Of a DNA stretch of 64,000 bases, positions 1 through 10,100 are shown in pieces. A program made the position numbers and the translations under genes. The first letter of the stretch is position 1. Each line of letters opens with the position of its first letter. The stretch covers positions 160,001 to 224,000 of the forward strand of contig CAVWIP010000006.1 in the NCBI GenBank assembly GCA_963755125.1, written 5' to 3'. Source of the stretch: an uncultured delta proteobacterium. GTDB lineage: Bacteria; Myxococcota_A; Polyangia; Fen-1088. Below the pieces are notes generated by a model. It ran no database searches, was not told where the DNA came from, and saw only the letters and a program-made list of their open reading frames with translations.

Positions 1-551
1 TCGTATCAGTGAGACTGATATAGGGGTTGTAGTAAGTCGATGCGTCGTCGCAGGAGTCGTACAGGATGATGTTTGACGGCTGGACACCAAAGCCTATCAG
101 TACATCGCAGAGCTTCTTGTAGATGGCCCACTTGGGACGGTTGGTGGTGTTGCCGCCAATCCCATTGGTCTTCATGGCCACTCTCGTGCTCGCCCAGGGT
201 TTGCTCGACCGGAAGATGGTGCTCCAGGCGTCGCTTGCGGTCGGTCTTCTGGGCAAGCTGCATTGCCATTTCGTCGAGGTTGGCGGCGACCTGGGTAGCA
301 TTGACCGCGTTGTTCGTGGTCGTGAAGGTCGTGTTCGCCGGCGTGCTCGTGAGCATGGTCGTGTCGTGGCAGCAGATGACCCGCCTGTTGTCAATGCATG
401 GATTGATTTGCATGCCGTTGACCCACGCCGCCCCAGTTGACTGCGCGAAAACCCTTTCGAATTTCAGAGCACTGAGTCCCATCGCGCCCGCCGCGCCCGC
501 CGCGGCCGTCTTGAGAAAATCACGGCGCTTTGGGTATGAATTTGTAGGCAT
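1..551 (-). pseudogene. Tat-exported DUF362-like protein; +1 frameshift at about 242-245; runs off the window
   Basis: Twin-arginine signal KRRDFLK. After ...LAQKT the protein-like sequence continues in the shifted frame (TASDAWSTIFRSSKPWASTRVAMKTNG...IILYD) with no stop before base 1. Confidence 0.6.
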
Positions 552-566
552 GGTCGTGTCCTTTTT

Positions 567-1145
567 TCAGTTGGTTTTCGACTTAAGTACGTCAAGGAAC
601 TGCTTTGCCACCTGACATTCCGTGCAGTTCGAAGAAGTTGACTGGCCGAGACCTTGCAATGCCAGCTCGAAATACGACGCTTTGTCCCAGGCAAAGACAT
701 TGAGGCCGGTTGCTATTGAAGCCCCCAGCGCGGTCGATGCGTCATACGAGGGAATCGCAATGCTGGCGCTTTGGTCGTTCACCTTCCAATTGAACATCGA
801 CTGGGCGTTGGAAGCCGTGCCGAAGTCCATGGCCCAGACCGTGGCAATTTGTGGATCAGGACCAACCAAACTCTGGTACATGCCCTGCACGAACCCTTTG
901 TCTGTATAGGCTCCGGCGGCGCCGTCCATGTTCCCGCCCCCAACCAGATCTGTGCCGGTCCAATAGGCGCCCGGATCCGTCGGATCCTGGGCCCAACCGG
1001 GTATGTCAGTCGCGGAAAACTTATACTTCGCGCCGAATTGATCCGGGGTGAGAGAAGCGCTGGGACTGCTGCCGCACGCGGAAAGGCCGAGGGTGAGAGA
1101 CAAGGACACGACAGCCGAGAACGCACTCATGATTTTCATTTCCAC
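567..1145 (-). CDS. Hypothetical lipoprotein
   Basis: Lipobox LSA-C; AAGGAG upstream; 192 aa of globular-looking sequence. Confidence 0.8.
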   Translation of the reverse strand: MEMKIMSAFSAVVSLSLTLGLSACGSSPSASLTPDQFGAKYKFSATDIPGWAQDPTDPGAYWTGTDLVGGGNMDGAAGAYTDKGFVQGMYQSLVGPDPQIATVWAMDFGTASNAQSMFNWKVNDQSASIAIPSYDASTALGASIATGLNVFAWDKASYFELALQGLGQSTSSNCTECQVAKQFLDVLKSKTN

Positions 1146-1903
1146 GGAAAACTCCTTTGATGACTAGCTGGTGAGGTTTGACGCGAAACCGACTCCCCTT
1201 GAAAAGCACAGCCCCATCGCAATCCTGATGGGTCTGTTCGTGCTGGTGCTTGTCCCAACTGAAGCGTTCGAGGCTGGGTGATGCCCTGCTTGGACGCCGT
1301 TTCTGGTTGCCAGGACCTCTGACGGGCGGCATCTGAGAGTTGGACGGGCGAACGACGTCATGGCGAGGAACGCGCGGCACCGACACCTCGTCTCGCCTCG
1401 AACCCGTGGGGTACGGGTTGTGTTCCGGATAGGGCGATAGCAAGGCATCAAAAAAAGCAGTGACTTGTTCGCTGACGAGGGCTCAGAAATTCTTTGCGCT
1501 GCTGTGCGATATGGAGCGCCAGGTCAAAAGAGACAGCGCCGCTGTGGGTTCGCTGCCTTTGTTGCAGGCGCACCGTCTAGGAATGGAGCCAGCTCCGGGT
1601 CACAGACGCAGCACTTGCGCCAAGCTAGAGCCGATCAGGCAAAACGGCGGCGAGCCGATTATGCCGAGCGCGGCGCCAGTCTCGCCAAGGTCGCTGAATT
1701 CGGTTCACTTGTCATACGATCGGAGCCGCGCTCGACGCGGCAGAGAACCCGCACTTTTGGGCGAGTCCGTGGACGCGTAGACGTTGACCCCCGCGTTGGG
1801 GCTGGCAGCGCCTACGGAATGCAGATGTGGTGCAGCCCCAGAATCCCGAAGATTCCGGGACGGTTCCGTCGCCGTCGGCGTACGTGGTGCAGCCGCGGAG
1901 GCG

Positions 1904-2629
1904 CTACAGACTGCCCACCAAGGCAAGGCCGGCCCCGCCTGGCGTGGCCAGGGGCAGGAGGCTCAACTGCGGCTGCGAGTGGCGACCGACGTAGTTGTGA
2001 TACCCAAACCCATAGCCAACCATGGGTGCGCCGACGCCCACCAAGAGGGAGGCGGCGTCACCCACCAAGGCCAAGGTCTTGACGCTGCTGAAACAACCAT
2101 GGATATCGACGACGCCTGCTGATTCGATGCCGTTGCACGTTTCCACCTTGCTGAGCACGTAGAAGTCTAGTACCTCAGTGACGAGCAAACCAAGACCGCC
2201 CAGAATCAGCCCGAAGGTGCGCAGGTTCGAGGTATCCTTGGGCAGCCGGCCTGACCCTAGGTCCAGACCGGCGTCGTGCTCGCCAAGCTTCCAGGCATAG
2301 CCGGCGACCATCGCACCCCCACCCAGCACGACGAAGGGACTCAAGAGCGCTTCAAAGAGACAGCCGCCCGCCTGGTGCGAGTTCAGGAAGCACGAGGGGC
2401 TGCCCGCGTCCATCCGTCGTGCGACATCGTAGTTGAGCGCCAGGCCCCCCGCGAAAACGACGTATCCGAGAACCGGCCAGGCCATGCTGGGTTGATCCGG
2501 CGGAGCGTCTTCTGCCGCCCAGGCCGAACGACTCCCTCCCGCAAGAATGGGAGCCAATGGCAAAAGCATCGTCAACAAGCCGGCCAAACGAGGAGAGGGA
2601 ACGCTTCGCGAACGGTGGGTTCTTGTCAT
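1904..2629 (-). CDS. Hypothetical exported/membrane protein
   Basis: Signal peptide ending AWA, several Gly-rich hydrophobic segments, C-terminal GAGLALVGSL. Confidence 0.75.
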   Translation of the reverse strand: MTRTHRSRSVPSPRLAGLLTMLLPLAPILAGGSRSAWAAEDAPPDQPSMAWPVLGYVVFAGGLALNYDVARRMDAGSPSCFLNSHQAGGCLFEALLSPFVVLGGGAMVAGYAWKLGEHDAGLDLGSGRLPKDTSNLRTFGLILGGLGLLVTEVLDFYVLSKVETCNGIESAGVVDIHGCFSSVKTLALVGDAASLLVGVGAPMVGYGFGYHNYVGRHSQPQLSLLPLATPGGAGLALVGSL

Positions 2630-2780
2630 GAAAGATTTTCTTGTAGCACAGGACCTTCAGGCCGGTCGATCCTTCCCGGCTGCGAGAGAAGACATGGGTT
2701 CGACTTCCTAGCGCGGAGCCAACCATGGACGACGGCTCCGCGAACGATTCCGGCGTCGTTCCGAGTGAAAGTAACCTATG

Positions 2781-2855
2781 CGACCCCAACCGGATTCGAA
2801 CCGGTGTTCATGGCTTGAAGGGCCATTGTCCTAGGCCGGACTAGACGATGGGGTC
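2781..2855 (-). tRNA. tRNA-Glu (anticodon TTC), atypical C33, CCA not encoded
   Basis: Cloverleaf: acceptor GACCCCA/TGGGGTC, anticodon stem ATGGC/GCCAT, loop CCTTCAA, T-loop TTCGAAT. Confidence 0.93.
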
Positions 2856-2893
2856 AGGGATGGATGGGCCGGAAGGGGCGAGGCAGAGGGCTG

Positions 2894-2966
2894 TGGGCCC
2901 AGCAGGAATTGAACCTGCGACCTACGGATTAAAAGTCCGCAGCTCTACCAATTGAGCTATGGGCCC
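2894..2966 (-). tRNA. tRNA-Lys (anticodon TTT), CCA not encoded
   Basis: GGGCCCATAGCTCAATTGGTAGAGC...loop CTTTTAA...GGTTCAATTCC...TGGGCCCA. Confidence 0.96.
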
Positions 2967-3222
2967 GAACGAAAATGCGATGAGTTTCCTTTCTCCGATC
3001 CGCTGGACCGGGCCGCAAGTTGTAGCATGAGTGCGGACCTGCGCAGGCGGGAAAAACGTGATAAGCGCAGTGCGGCGTCGAGAATGGGGGCGAGCATCGA
3101 AAGATCTGGCGGCCTCCCGATGGCTTTCCATGTGGTAGTTTTCCAGGACACAGGCGGAAGAAAGTTGACATGGACTCGATGCTGACTGACTGTCGAGGTC
3201 AAAGCGCGGGGTTCTAGACACG

Positions 3223-3591
3223 ATGGCAAACAGTCCTGGAGAGATGCGCGAGATGAGACGCGCGGTACGCATGCGAGTGCAGGTTCCTGCTCGCTATGTC
3301 AGCGAGCGCCTGACCATCGAGGGGCTGGTCACGGATTTGAGCCCGGACGGTGTGTTTTTCTGCTCCGACTATCTGGATGCCACCGGCGAGACAGTGCGTA
3401 TCTCGATTGATATCCCGTGGCGTTCGCAGCCGCTGCAACTATGCGGCGAGGTTCGCTGGGTGAGCGAAACGGCGCGAACCGGTGGCATGGGTATCAGGTT
3501 CACGGATGTCAGCTTCGAGGACCGGGTCGTGCTGTCGTCCTTGGGCCTGGCCTGGCATGCCGAAGCGGGGCAGGGCGCCTCCGCGCCTTGA
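3223..3591 (+). CDS. Single-domain PilZ protein
   Basis: RxxxR (RRAVR), DxSxxG (DLSPDG), VRWV and GMGIRF motifs. Confidence 0.85.
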   Translation: MANSPGEMREMRRAVRMRVQVPARYVSERLTIEGLVTDLSPDGVFFCSDYLDATGETVRISIDIPWRSQPLQLCGEVRWVSETARTGGMGIRFTDVSFEDRVVLSSLGLAWHAEAGQGASAP

Positions 3592-3626
3592 CATCCGGGC
3601 CGCGCGGGGGCGACCTGAAGGTCGAC

Positions 3627-3911
3627 ATGAAGACGCCAGTAACCGTACAGATCGCGGGGCAGCGTTTCGTGCTGCGAGGAGACGAGGACGAGCGGGCGAC
3701 GCGCGAGATGGCCGCCTACCTGGACAGCCGCATGAAGGAATTGCAGAAGCAAACCCGCACGGCAGATACCCAATCGCTTGCGGTCCTGGCGGCGCTGCAG
3801 ATCACCGAGGAGCTGTTCGGCGAGAGGCGCGCTCGGGCAGATTTGAAAAGGCGGGTTCGGGAGAGAAGTCGCGCGCTGCTTCATCTGGTCGAGAGTCGAG
3901 CGCGCGTCTGA
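3627..3911 (+). CDS. zapA: Cell division protein ZapA
   Basis: VTVQIAGQRFVLR, AAYLDSRMKEL, LAVLAALQITEEL; lies upstream of 6S RNA and ygfA. Confidence 0.9.
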   Translation: MKTPVTVQIAGQRFVLRGDEDERATREMAAYLDSRMKELQKQTRTADTQSLAVLAALQITEELFGERRARADLKRRVRERSRALLHLVESRARV

Positions 3912-3948
3912 CAGGCGTTCATAGCCACTTGCGCAGCCCTACTTGCGG

Positions 3949-3954
3949 TATAGT
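3949..3954 (+). promoter_or_regulatory. Putative -10 element (TATAGT) for the 6S RNA
   Basis: Lies 6 nt upstream of the start of the predicted 6S rod. Confidence 0.5.
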
Positions 3955-3960
3955 GGTCGT

Positions 3961-4150
3961 CACCCAGCAGACACAATCGTTCGCCGTGTGGCGGACGCCT
4001 CCATAGATGGACAGAACTGAAACCCCACTTTTCCGAGGCGAAGGCCTCGTTCTTCATGCCCTTGCGACGCCAGGCCGTGGCAGGGCGACTCTGCGCCGGG
4101 CTGGGTTGCGTGGTCGGGAACGAGCCGTCGGCGTCGATGTGCCCGGCTGA
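3961..4150 (+). ncRNA. ssrS: 6S RNA
   Basis: Canonical zapA-ssrS-ygfA position. Manual folding gives a long rod: about 3965-3992 pairs with about 4124-4149, then a central bubble, then AACCC/GGGTT and an apical stem. Confidence 0.75.
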
Positions 4151-4763
4151 TCTCTGGCTGCGCGACGAAAAGCGGGCGCTCCGGCGCGTTATGGCTGGCC
4201 GGCGCGATGAGCTGTCTGTGGATGACCGTGGGCGTTTGGCCCAGGCGGCGACGGAGCTTCTGCTCGATCTGCCCGAGGTGACGGCTGCCCGCGTGGTGGC
4301 GGCCTTCGTATCCACCCGATCCGAGATCGATACCTCACGCGCCATCGATGGCTTGCGGCGGCGTGGCGTCACCGTGGTTTTGCCGCGCGTGAGCGCCGAG
4401 CTTTTGCCCCCGCGCTTGCGCTTTCACCGGGTCGACGGACCTTCGGAGCTGGTGTTTGGCATCTTCGGCCTGCTTGAGCCGGGGCCCGGCTGTCCCGAGG
4501 TGGCGCCGCACGACATTGACGTCTTCATGGTCCCGGGCCTCGCCTTCGATGCACGTGGAGGCCGTGTTGGCTATGGTGGCGGCTATTACGACGAGCTGAT
4601 GGCCTACGTGCGCGCTCACCCGGACGGGCCGTCGGGCTTCTTCGTGGGGTTTGGCTACGATTTCCAGGTCGCAGAAAGTTGTCCCACGGGTGAGTGGGAC
4701 GTGCCCATCGACTGCGTGGTCACGGACGCGCGCGTGATCCGCTGTGGCGCCGCTCCCGAGTAA
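4137..4763 (+). CDS. ygfA: 5-formyltetrahydrofolate cyclo-ligase
   Basis: KRALRR, SEIDT, VVLPRV, VPGLAFD..GGRVGYGGGYYD, WDVPIDCVVT. Confidence 0.95.
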   Translation: MCPADLWLRDEKRALRRVMAGRRDELSVDDRGRLAQAATELLLDLPEVTAARVVAAFVSTRSEIDTSRAIDGLRRRGVTVVLPRVSAELLPPRLRFHRVDGPSELVFGIFGLLEPGPGCPEVAPHDIDVFMVPGLAFDARGGRVGYGGGYYDELMAYVRAHPDGPSGFFVGFGYDFQVAESCPTGEWDVPIDCVVTDARVIRCGAAPE

Positions 4764-4772
4764 GGCCAGCCG

Positions 4773-6332
4773 ATGAACCCAGTCGTCATCATCGTCGCCA
4801 TTCTGGTCGCCCTGCTCGCGGCCGGAATGGCCTTCTTTCTTGGACGGGCTTCCAAGCCGAACGCTGTCCCGCAGACGGAAGCGGAACGCCAGCGCGCGCT
4901 GGCCGCCGCGCACGCCGAGGCCGACGCCATCCGGAGGCAGGCCGCGCTGGAGGCCAAGGAGGCGGCACAAAAGATCCGGGGCGAGGTGGATGCCGAGTTG
5001 CGCGTGCGTCGCCAGGAGATCGACCGGCAGGCGGCTGCGACCGGGGCCAAGCACGAGGCGCTGGAGCGGCGCGAACGCGAAATCAAGTCCGAGAACGAGA
5101 ACCTGCACCGCAAGGAGCGGCAGCTTCAGGCGCGCGAGCAGGCCGCCGAGGCGTCAGCGCGCGCGGGCGCGGCCCAGGTGGCCGAAGCGCGAGCCCGTCT
5201 GGAGAAGGTCGCCGGGATGACCGAGGCCGAGGCCCGCAAGGCGCTGGAGGCCGAGGTGCGCGAATCGGCGCGGGCGGCAGCCGCGCTCGAGGTCAGGCGC
5301 ATCGAGGACGAGGCGCGCGAACAGGCGCAGCAGAAGGCGCAGATGATTCTCGGTGCGGCGGTGCAACGTTATGCCAGCGAATACGTGGCCGAGCGCACGG
5401 TTTCGGTCGTGCCTCTTCCTTCCGACGACATGAAGGGACGCATCATCGGGCGCGAGGGGCGCAACATCCGAGCGCTGGAACAGGCCACCGGCATCGACCT
5501 CATCATCGACGACACGCCCGAGGCGGTGGTGATCTCTTGTTTCAATCCCGTGCGGCGCGAGATTGCTCGTCTGGCGCTGACCCGTCTCATCGCCGACGGG
5601 CGCATCCACCCCACCCGCATCGAGGAGATGGTCAAGAAGGCCACCGAGGAAGTCGAGCAACAGTGCAAGGAGGCCGGTGAGCAGGCGGCCTTCGATCTCG
5701 GCATCGGTCGCTTGCACCCCGAGCTGTCGCGGCTGGTGGGCAAGCTGAAGTTTCGCGCGGGCAGCGGGCAGAACCTGCTTGCCCATTCGGTCGAGGTGGG
5801 TTTCTTGTCGGGCGTGATCGCGGGCGAACTCGGCTACCCGGTCAAGACCGCGCGGCGGGCGGGCCTGTTGCACGACATCGGTTGCTGCGCGGAACAGGAA
5901 ATCGAGGGATCGCACGCCCAAGCCGGCGCGGTGCTGGCGCGCAAGTACGGCGAGCCGCCCAAGATCGTCCATGCCATCGAGTGCCACCACGGTGAGGCAG
6001 TCGCCGAGGACGTGCTCGACCACATCGTGGATGCGGCCAACGTGCTGGCCAACCAGCGGCCCGGGGCCAAGCGTGAAACCCTGGAAACCTACGTGCAGCG
6101 GCTGGCTGATCTGGAGAAGATCGCGAGCAGCTTCGACGGTGTCGAGCGCGCCTTCGCCATCCAGGCCGGACACGAGGTGCGCGTGCTGGTCGAGAATGCC
6201 AAGGTCACCGACGACCAGGCGCGAACCCTGTCCAGGGACATCGCGCGCAAGGTGGAGGCGCAGTTGGCCTATCCGGGGCAGATCCGCGTGTCGGTGGTGC
6301 GCGAGACCCGGGCCGTCGACTACGCCAAGTAG
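4773..6332 (+). CDS. rny: Ribonuclease Y
   Basis: N-terminal TM, coiled coil, KH motif MKGRIIGREGRNIR, HD motif LLHDIG, C-terminal YPGQIRVSVVRETRA. Confidence 0.95.
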   Translation: MNPVVIIVAILVALLAAGMAFFLGRASKPNAVPQTEAERQRALAAAHAEADAIRRQAALEAKEAAQKIRGEVDAELRVRRQEIDRQAAATGAKHEALERREREIKSENENLHRKERQLQAREQAAEASARAGAAQVAEARARLEKVAGMTEAEARKALEAEVRESARAAAALEVRRIEDEAREQAQQKAQMILGAAVQRYASEYVAERTVSVVPLPSDDMKGRIIGREGRNIRALEQATGIDLIIDDTPEAVVISCFNPVRREIARLALTRLIADGRIHPTRIEEMVKKATEEVEQQCKEAGEQAAFDLGIGRLHPELSRLVGKLKFRAGSGQNLLAHSVEVGFLSGVIAGELGYPVKTARRAGLLHDIGCCAEQEIEGSHAQAGAVLARKYGEPPKIVHAIECHHGEAVAEDVLDHIVDAANVLANQRPGAKRETLETYVQRLADLEKIASSFDGVERAFAIQAGHEVRVLVENAKVTDDQARTLSRDIARKVEAQLAYPGQIRVSVVRETRAVDYAK

Positions 6333-6390
6333 CAATACGAAAAGCCACAATTCTTGACGGGCTCACCGGTGCGGCGAAGATCGGGCCAGC

Positions 6391-7183
6391 ATGTGCAAGC
6401 CCATTCTTACTGCCACCCTGGCCACCCTGGTCGTGGCCAGTTGCAACCGCGATGACCGGCCGATGACCCCTGCGGATTTCTGTCAGGACTACAGCCAGCG
6501 CGAATGCAGCGACGTGGCGCCGGCGTGTCTGGAGCCGGAGGACGATTGTTCTGACTGCGCGGCAGGCGGCGTGCACGGACCGGGCGCAGCTTGAGGAGAG
6601 CGCGCAGCGACCGTTCGATCCCGCAAACGCAGGTGCCTGTCTGTCGAGGGTGAGCGCGGTGTTCAGCGTGCTCAACCACGACCTGGCCATCGACGCGAAA
6701 GACTACCGCAGCATCGACACCGCGTGCGCGCGCGTATTTCACGGCAATGCGACGGACAACCAAGCGTGCGGCGTCGATGCCGACTGCAGCGGGACGTTGG
6801 TCTGTGACAAGGGTCGTTGCGGCACCTTGCACCAGGTCGACCCGGGCGCGGGCTGCGCCAACATCGGTGAATACTGCCCGCAGGGCTACTACTGCGGCCT
6901 CGTCTCCGGGGTGTTGGTGTGTACGGCTCGGCCGGGTTTGGCGGCGGTGTGCAGCCCGGACATCCCCTGCCTCGAAGATCTGCGCTGTGACAGCGGAATC
7001 TGCACGGATCGTCTGGCCATCGGGCTTGCCTGCCAGGATGACGGCGATTGTGCGAGCGGCTTCTGCGAGCCCTTCGCTTCCAAGTGCGGCACCGACGTGC
7101 GCTTTGCCGCCGGCACGCCAGCCTGCCAGGCCTATCAGCCCAACAGCAGCACGCCAGTGGCCCAAGATGCTTCTACTGATTAG
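6391..7183 (+). pseudogene. Cys-rich lipoprotein interrupted by a +1 frameshift (extra T at about 6550)
   Basis: Lipobox VAS-C. Removing one T from TGT-T-CTG joins the 67-aa ORF to the 177-aa Cys-rich ORF via LTARQAACTDRAQLEESAQRPFDPANAGACLSR. Confidence 0.7.
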
Positions 7184-10100
7184 CCGCCATACAGGCGGTC
7201 GAAGAACGCGTGCATGTCTTCCAGCTTTGCGCCGATGAAGGCGCGGCCCACCTGCGCGGCCAGACGAGCCAGCGGCGGTCCTGAAGTGGCCAGCCGTTCA
7301 AGCAGGCTCCTGGCCTGTTTCGCATCCGCGCCCGCCTTGCTGTCGCCGGTCTGCGAAGCCTGAATCACCAGCGCTTCAACCGCCACCAGCCGGCGCGCGC
7401 TGTCGGTCTCGCAAGATTCGAGGATCTCGGCCACTTCGGCCGGCTGGCGCTGGCGAGCCCAAGTGGTGCCAAGACCGCGGATGGCGGCTGCGCGCACGTC
7501 ATGGGCCGGATCGCCGATCGCCTGTTCCAGAAATGGTCCCGCAGCCTTGGGATCGCGCTGGGCGAGGTTCGCCAGAGCCTCGGCGGCCGCGGCCCGCACC
7601 GATTCGCCGCGCTGGTGCAGCACCCCGGCCAGCAGAGCCGCCGTGGCATCAGGCGCTCCGGTGACATCGCCGAGGGCCAGCGCGCCGGCTTGCCTCGTCG
7701 CCGCGTCGCTCGAGCGCAGCATGGCCTCAAACACGGGCAGCACACGCTCGGGGCCGGTGCCGGAGGCGGCCGCCAGTGCGCGCACCGCCTCGGCGCGCAC
7801 CAGACCCTGGCGGTCTTCGGCTCCGGCTTGTAGGATCTCCAGCGCGGGCGGCTGCATGCCCGCTGCGGCTTTCATCGCCGCAAGCCGCAGACCATCGTCG
7901 CCGTCGCGCACGGCCTGGCGGAGGATGCTGGTCAGGCCGGCGGGCGCGGCCACGCGCAGGGCGATCAGGCGCTCGTCGAGATCGCCTTGCAGGAAGAAGG
8001 TCGACAACTTCTTGTCGAGATCGCCGGCGTGGCTCCCGACGGAGTTTCCCGCCTTGCTGTAGCTGATGAGCGCGTCGGCGGCTGCCACGCGCACGCTGCG
8101 TTCGGGATCTTCGAGCAGGGTGATGAGCGGCCCGAGCACGATCTCGTGGACCCGTCCGGCCAGCGCGCCCAGCGAGGCGGCGGCAGCGGCACGCACGGTC
8201 TGCTCATCGGAAGACGTCAGCTCGATGGCCATGCGCGCGGCGCCTTTGGGATCGCCCTCGGTCAGGCTGCCCAGGCAAGAGGCAGCCTCGGTTCGCACCT
8301 CGCGGTTGGCATCGCGAGCCGCCACCCGCAGGTAGGGCGAGGCGGCGGCGGGACTTTTGGCGGCGACGACACACAGGGCCCGCGCACAGGCGCCGCGGGT
8401 GCTGACGTCGCCCAGCTTGAGCGCGCGCACCAGCGCGGGCAGAACTGCGGCAGCGTGGGTCTTGCCGATCTCGCCCAGCGCCTCGACGATGAAGCGGCGC
8501 AGGCCCGGTCGCACGTTGGCCAGAACATGGCCGAGCAGCTCCGCAATCGGGCCAGGCTGTGCAACCGCCAGATGCAAGGCCGAATCGAGGCCTGCCTTTT
8601 GTACTTCGGTGTTCGGGTCCAGCAGGGCCTTGCGGACCAGTTCGGGGCCCTCGCGGCGCAGATATCCGAAACCACGCGCTGCCTCCGCGCGCACCTCGGG
8701 CGACTGATCGTACAGGAAGGCCTTGAGCGGCCTTGACGCCAAATCGGGCTGCTTGATGGCCGCCACACCCCACAGCGCCGCGCCCGTCACTCGTCCCGAA
8801 GGCGGGCCCTTGCTGGCGGCTTGAGCCAACTCCGCCACCTTGGCGGGCTCGATGAGCCGGGCGTAAAGCGGCAGAGCGGCCGTGCGCAGGCGCGGCGACG
8901 CGTCCGGCATCACGGCCTTTTCCAACATGGGCCGCAGGCTGTTGGAGATTGCGTTGGTGCGACGGAGAAATGAGAGTGCCGACACGCGCGCCTCTTCGGG
9001 GGCAGTCTCGTCCGACGCGATCTGCGCCAAGACGGTGGCGGCATCAGCCGGGGCGCGCACGGCGATCTGATCGAGCAGTCCGATCGCGGTCCGCCGGGCC
9101 ATCCCGTCGCTGCTCCACAGAGCCAGGCGGACAGCGTCAGCCGCGGCCGCCGGTGAGCGTGCGGCCAGATCGAGAAGCGACGCCTCCGCCAGCCGCCGGA
9201 ACGAGGCGTCTTTGTCGGCGAGCGCCACCGAAAGAATACTGGCCGTCGTGTTGGGATCGAGGTCGCGGCATTCCTGCAGGACGGCGCTGCGCACGGAAAA
9301 CGACTGGTCGGCCAGGGCGGCGCGCAGAGTGGCGGCGTGAGCACCCTTGCCCTGCCGTCGATCGATGGCGGCCGCCACCTCCACCCCGCGCCGGCGCACG
9401 TCGGGCGATGGGTCGTTGAGCGCGGCAGCCAGGATCTCGTCTTCGCCGGCTCGGCCGGTGCCCACCACGGCCAAAGCTTCCAAGGCGTCACGGCGTGAAG
9501 CGGGATCGGCGAAGGCCTGCTTCAGCGAGACCACGCCGTTGGGCTCACCGAGCAGGACCAGGGAAACCCCGCGCGGCACCGGCCCCAGACCGTCGATGAC
9601 CGCGCGCAACCAGGAGGGAAGCCGCGCGCTCTGGTTCGCATCCAGCGACCCGGTGGCACGTCCGCTCGCGATGCGCGAGGCCAGATCGGCGGCCACGCTA
9701 GCCGCGGCGAAGCCGGTATCGGCAATCATCGAACTGCGGCGGGACTGAGCCGGAAGGAAATTGAAAAAAGCCAGCGAGCGACGTCCTCGTCGCGCGACCA
9801 CCCGACTGCCAGGTTGGTCGCGTGCCGGCTCGAAAGCCAGCGTGTAGGTCGCGCGCACCTCGAAGATGAGGGCGAGCAGCACGGCGAGCAGCAAGACTAT
9901 CGCGGAGCCGATCTGCAGAGCGCTGCGCCGGATGCTGCGCCTGAGCGTGCTGGCCTCGTCGCTTGCCAGGTCCCCGCCCAGATGGTGGCGTACCCTGCGG
10001 ATCTCGGGTAGCGACAGGCGCTCGCCCGCCAGAACGCGGCGGCGTAAGGTGCGCCGGATGTCGTGGGCAGCGCCCACCTCGCTGGCCGCGAATTCCTCGA

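Noticed and set aside
2630..2790. Prophage or island attachment site at the tRNA-Glu 3' end
   Set aside because: No integrase and no duplicated tRNA 3' fragment seen in the window.
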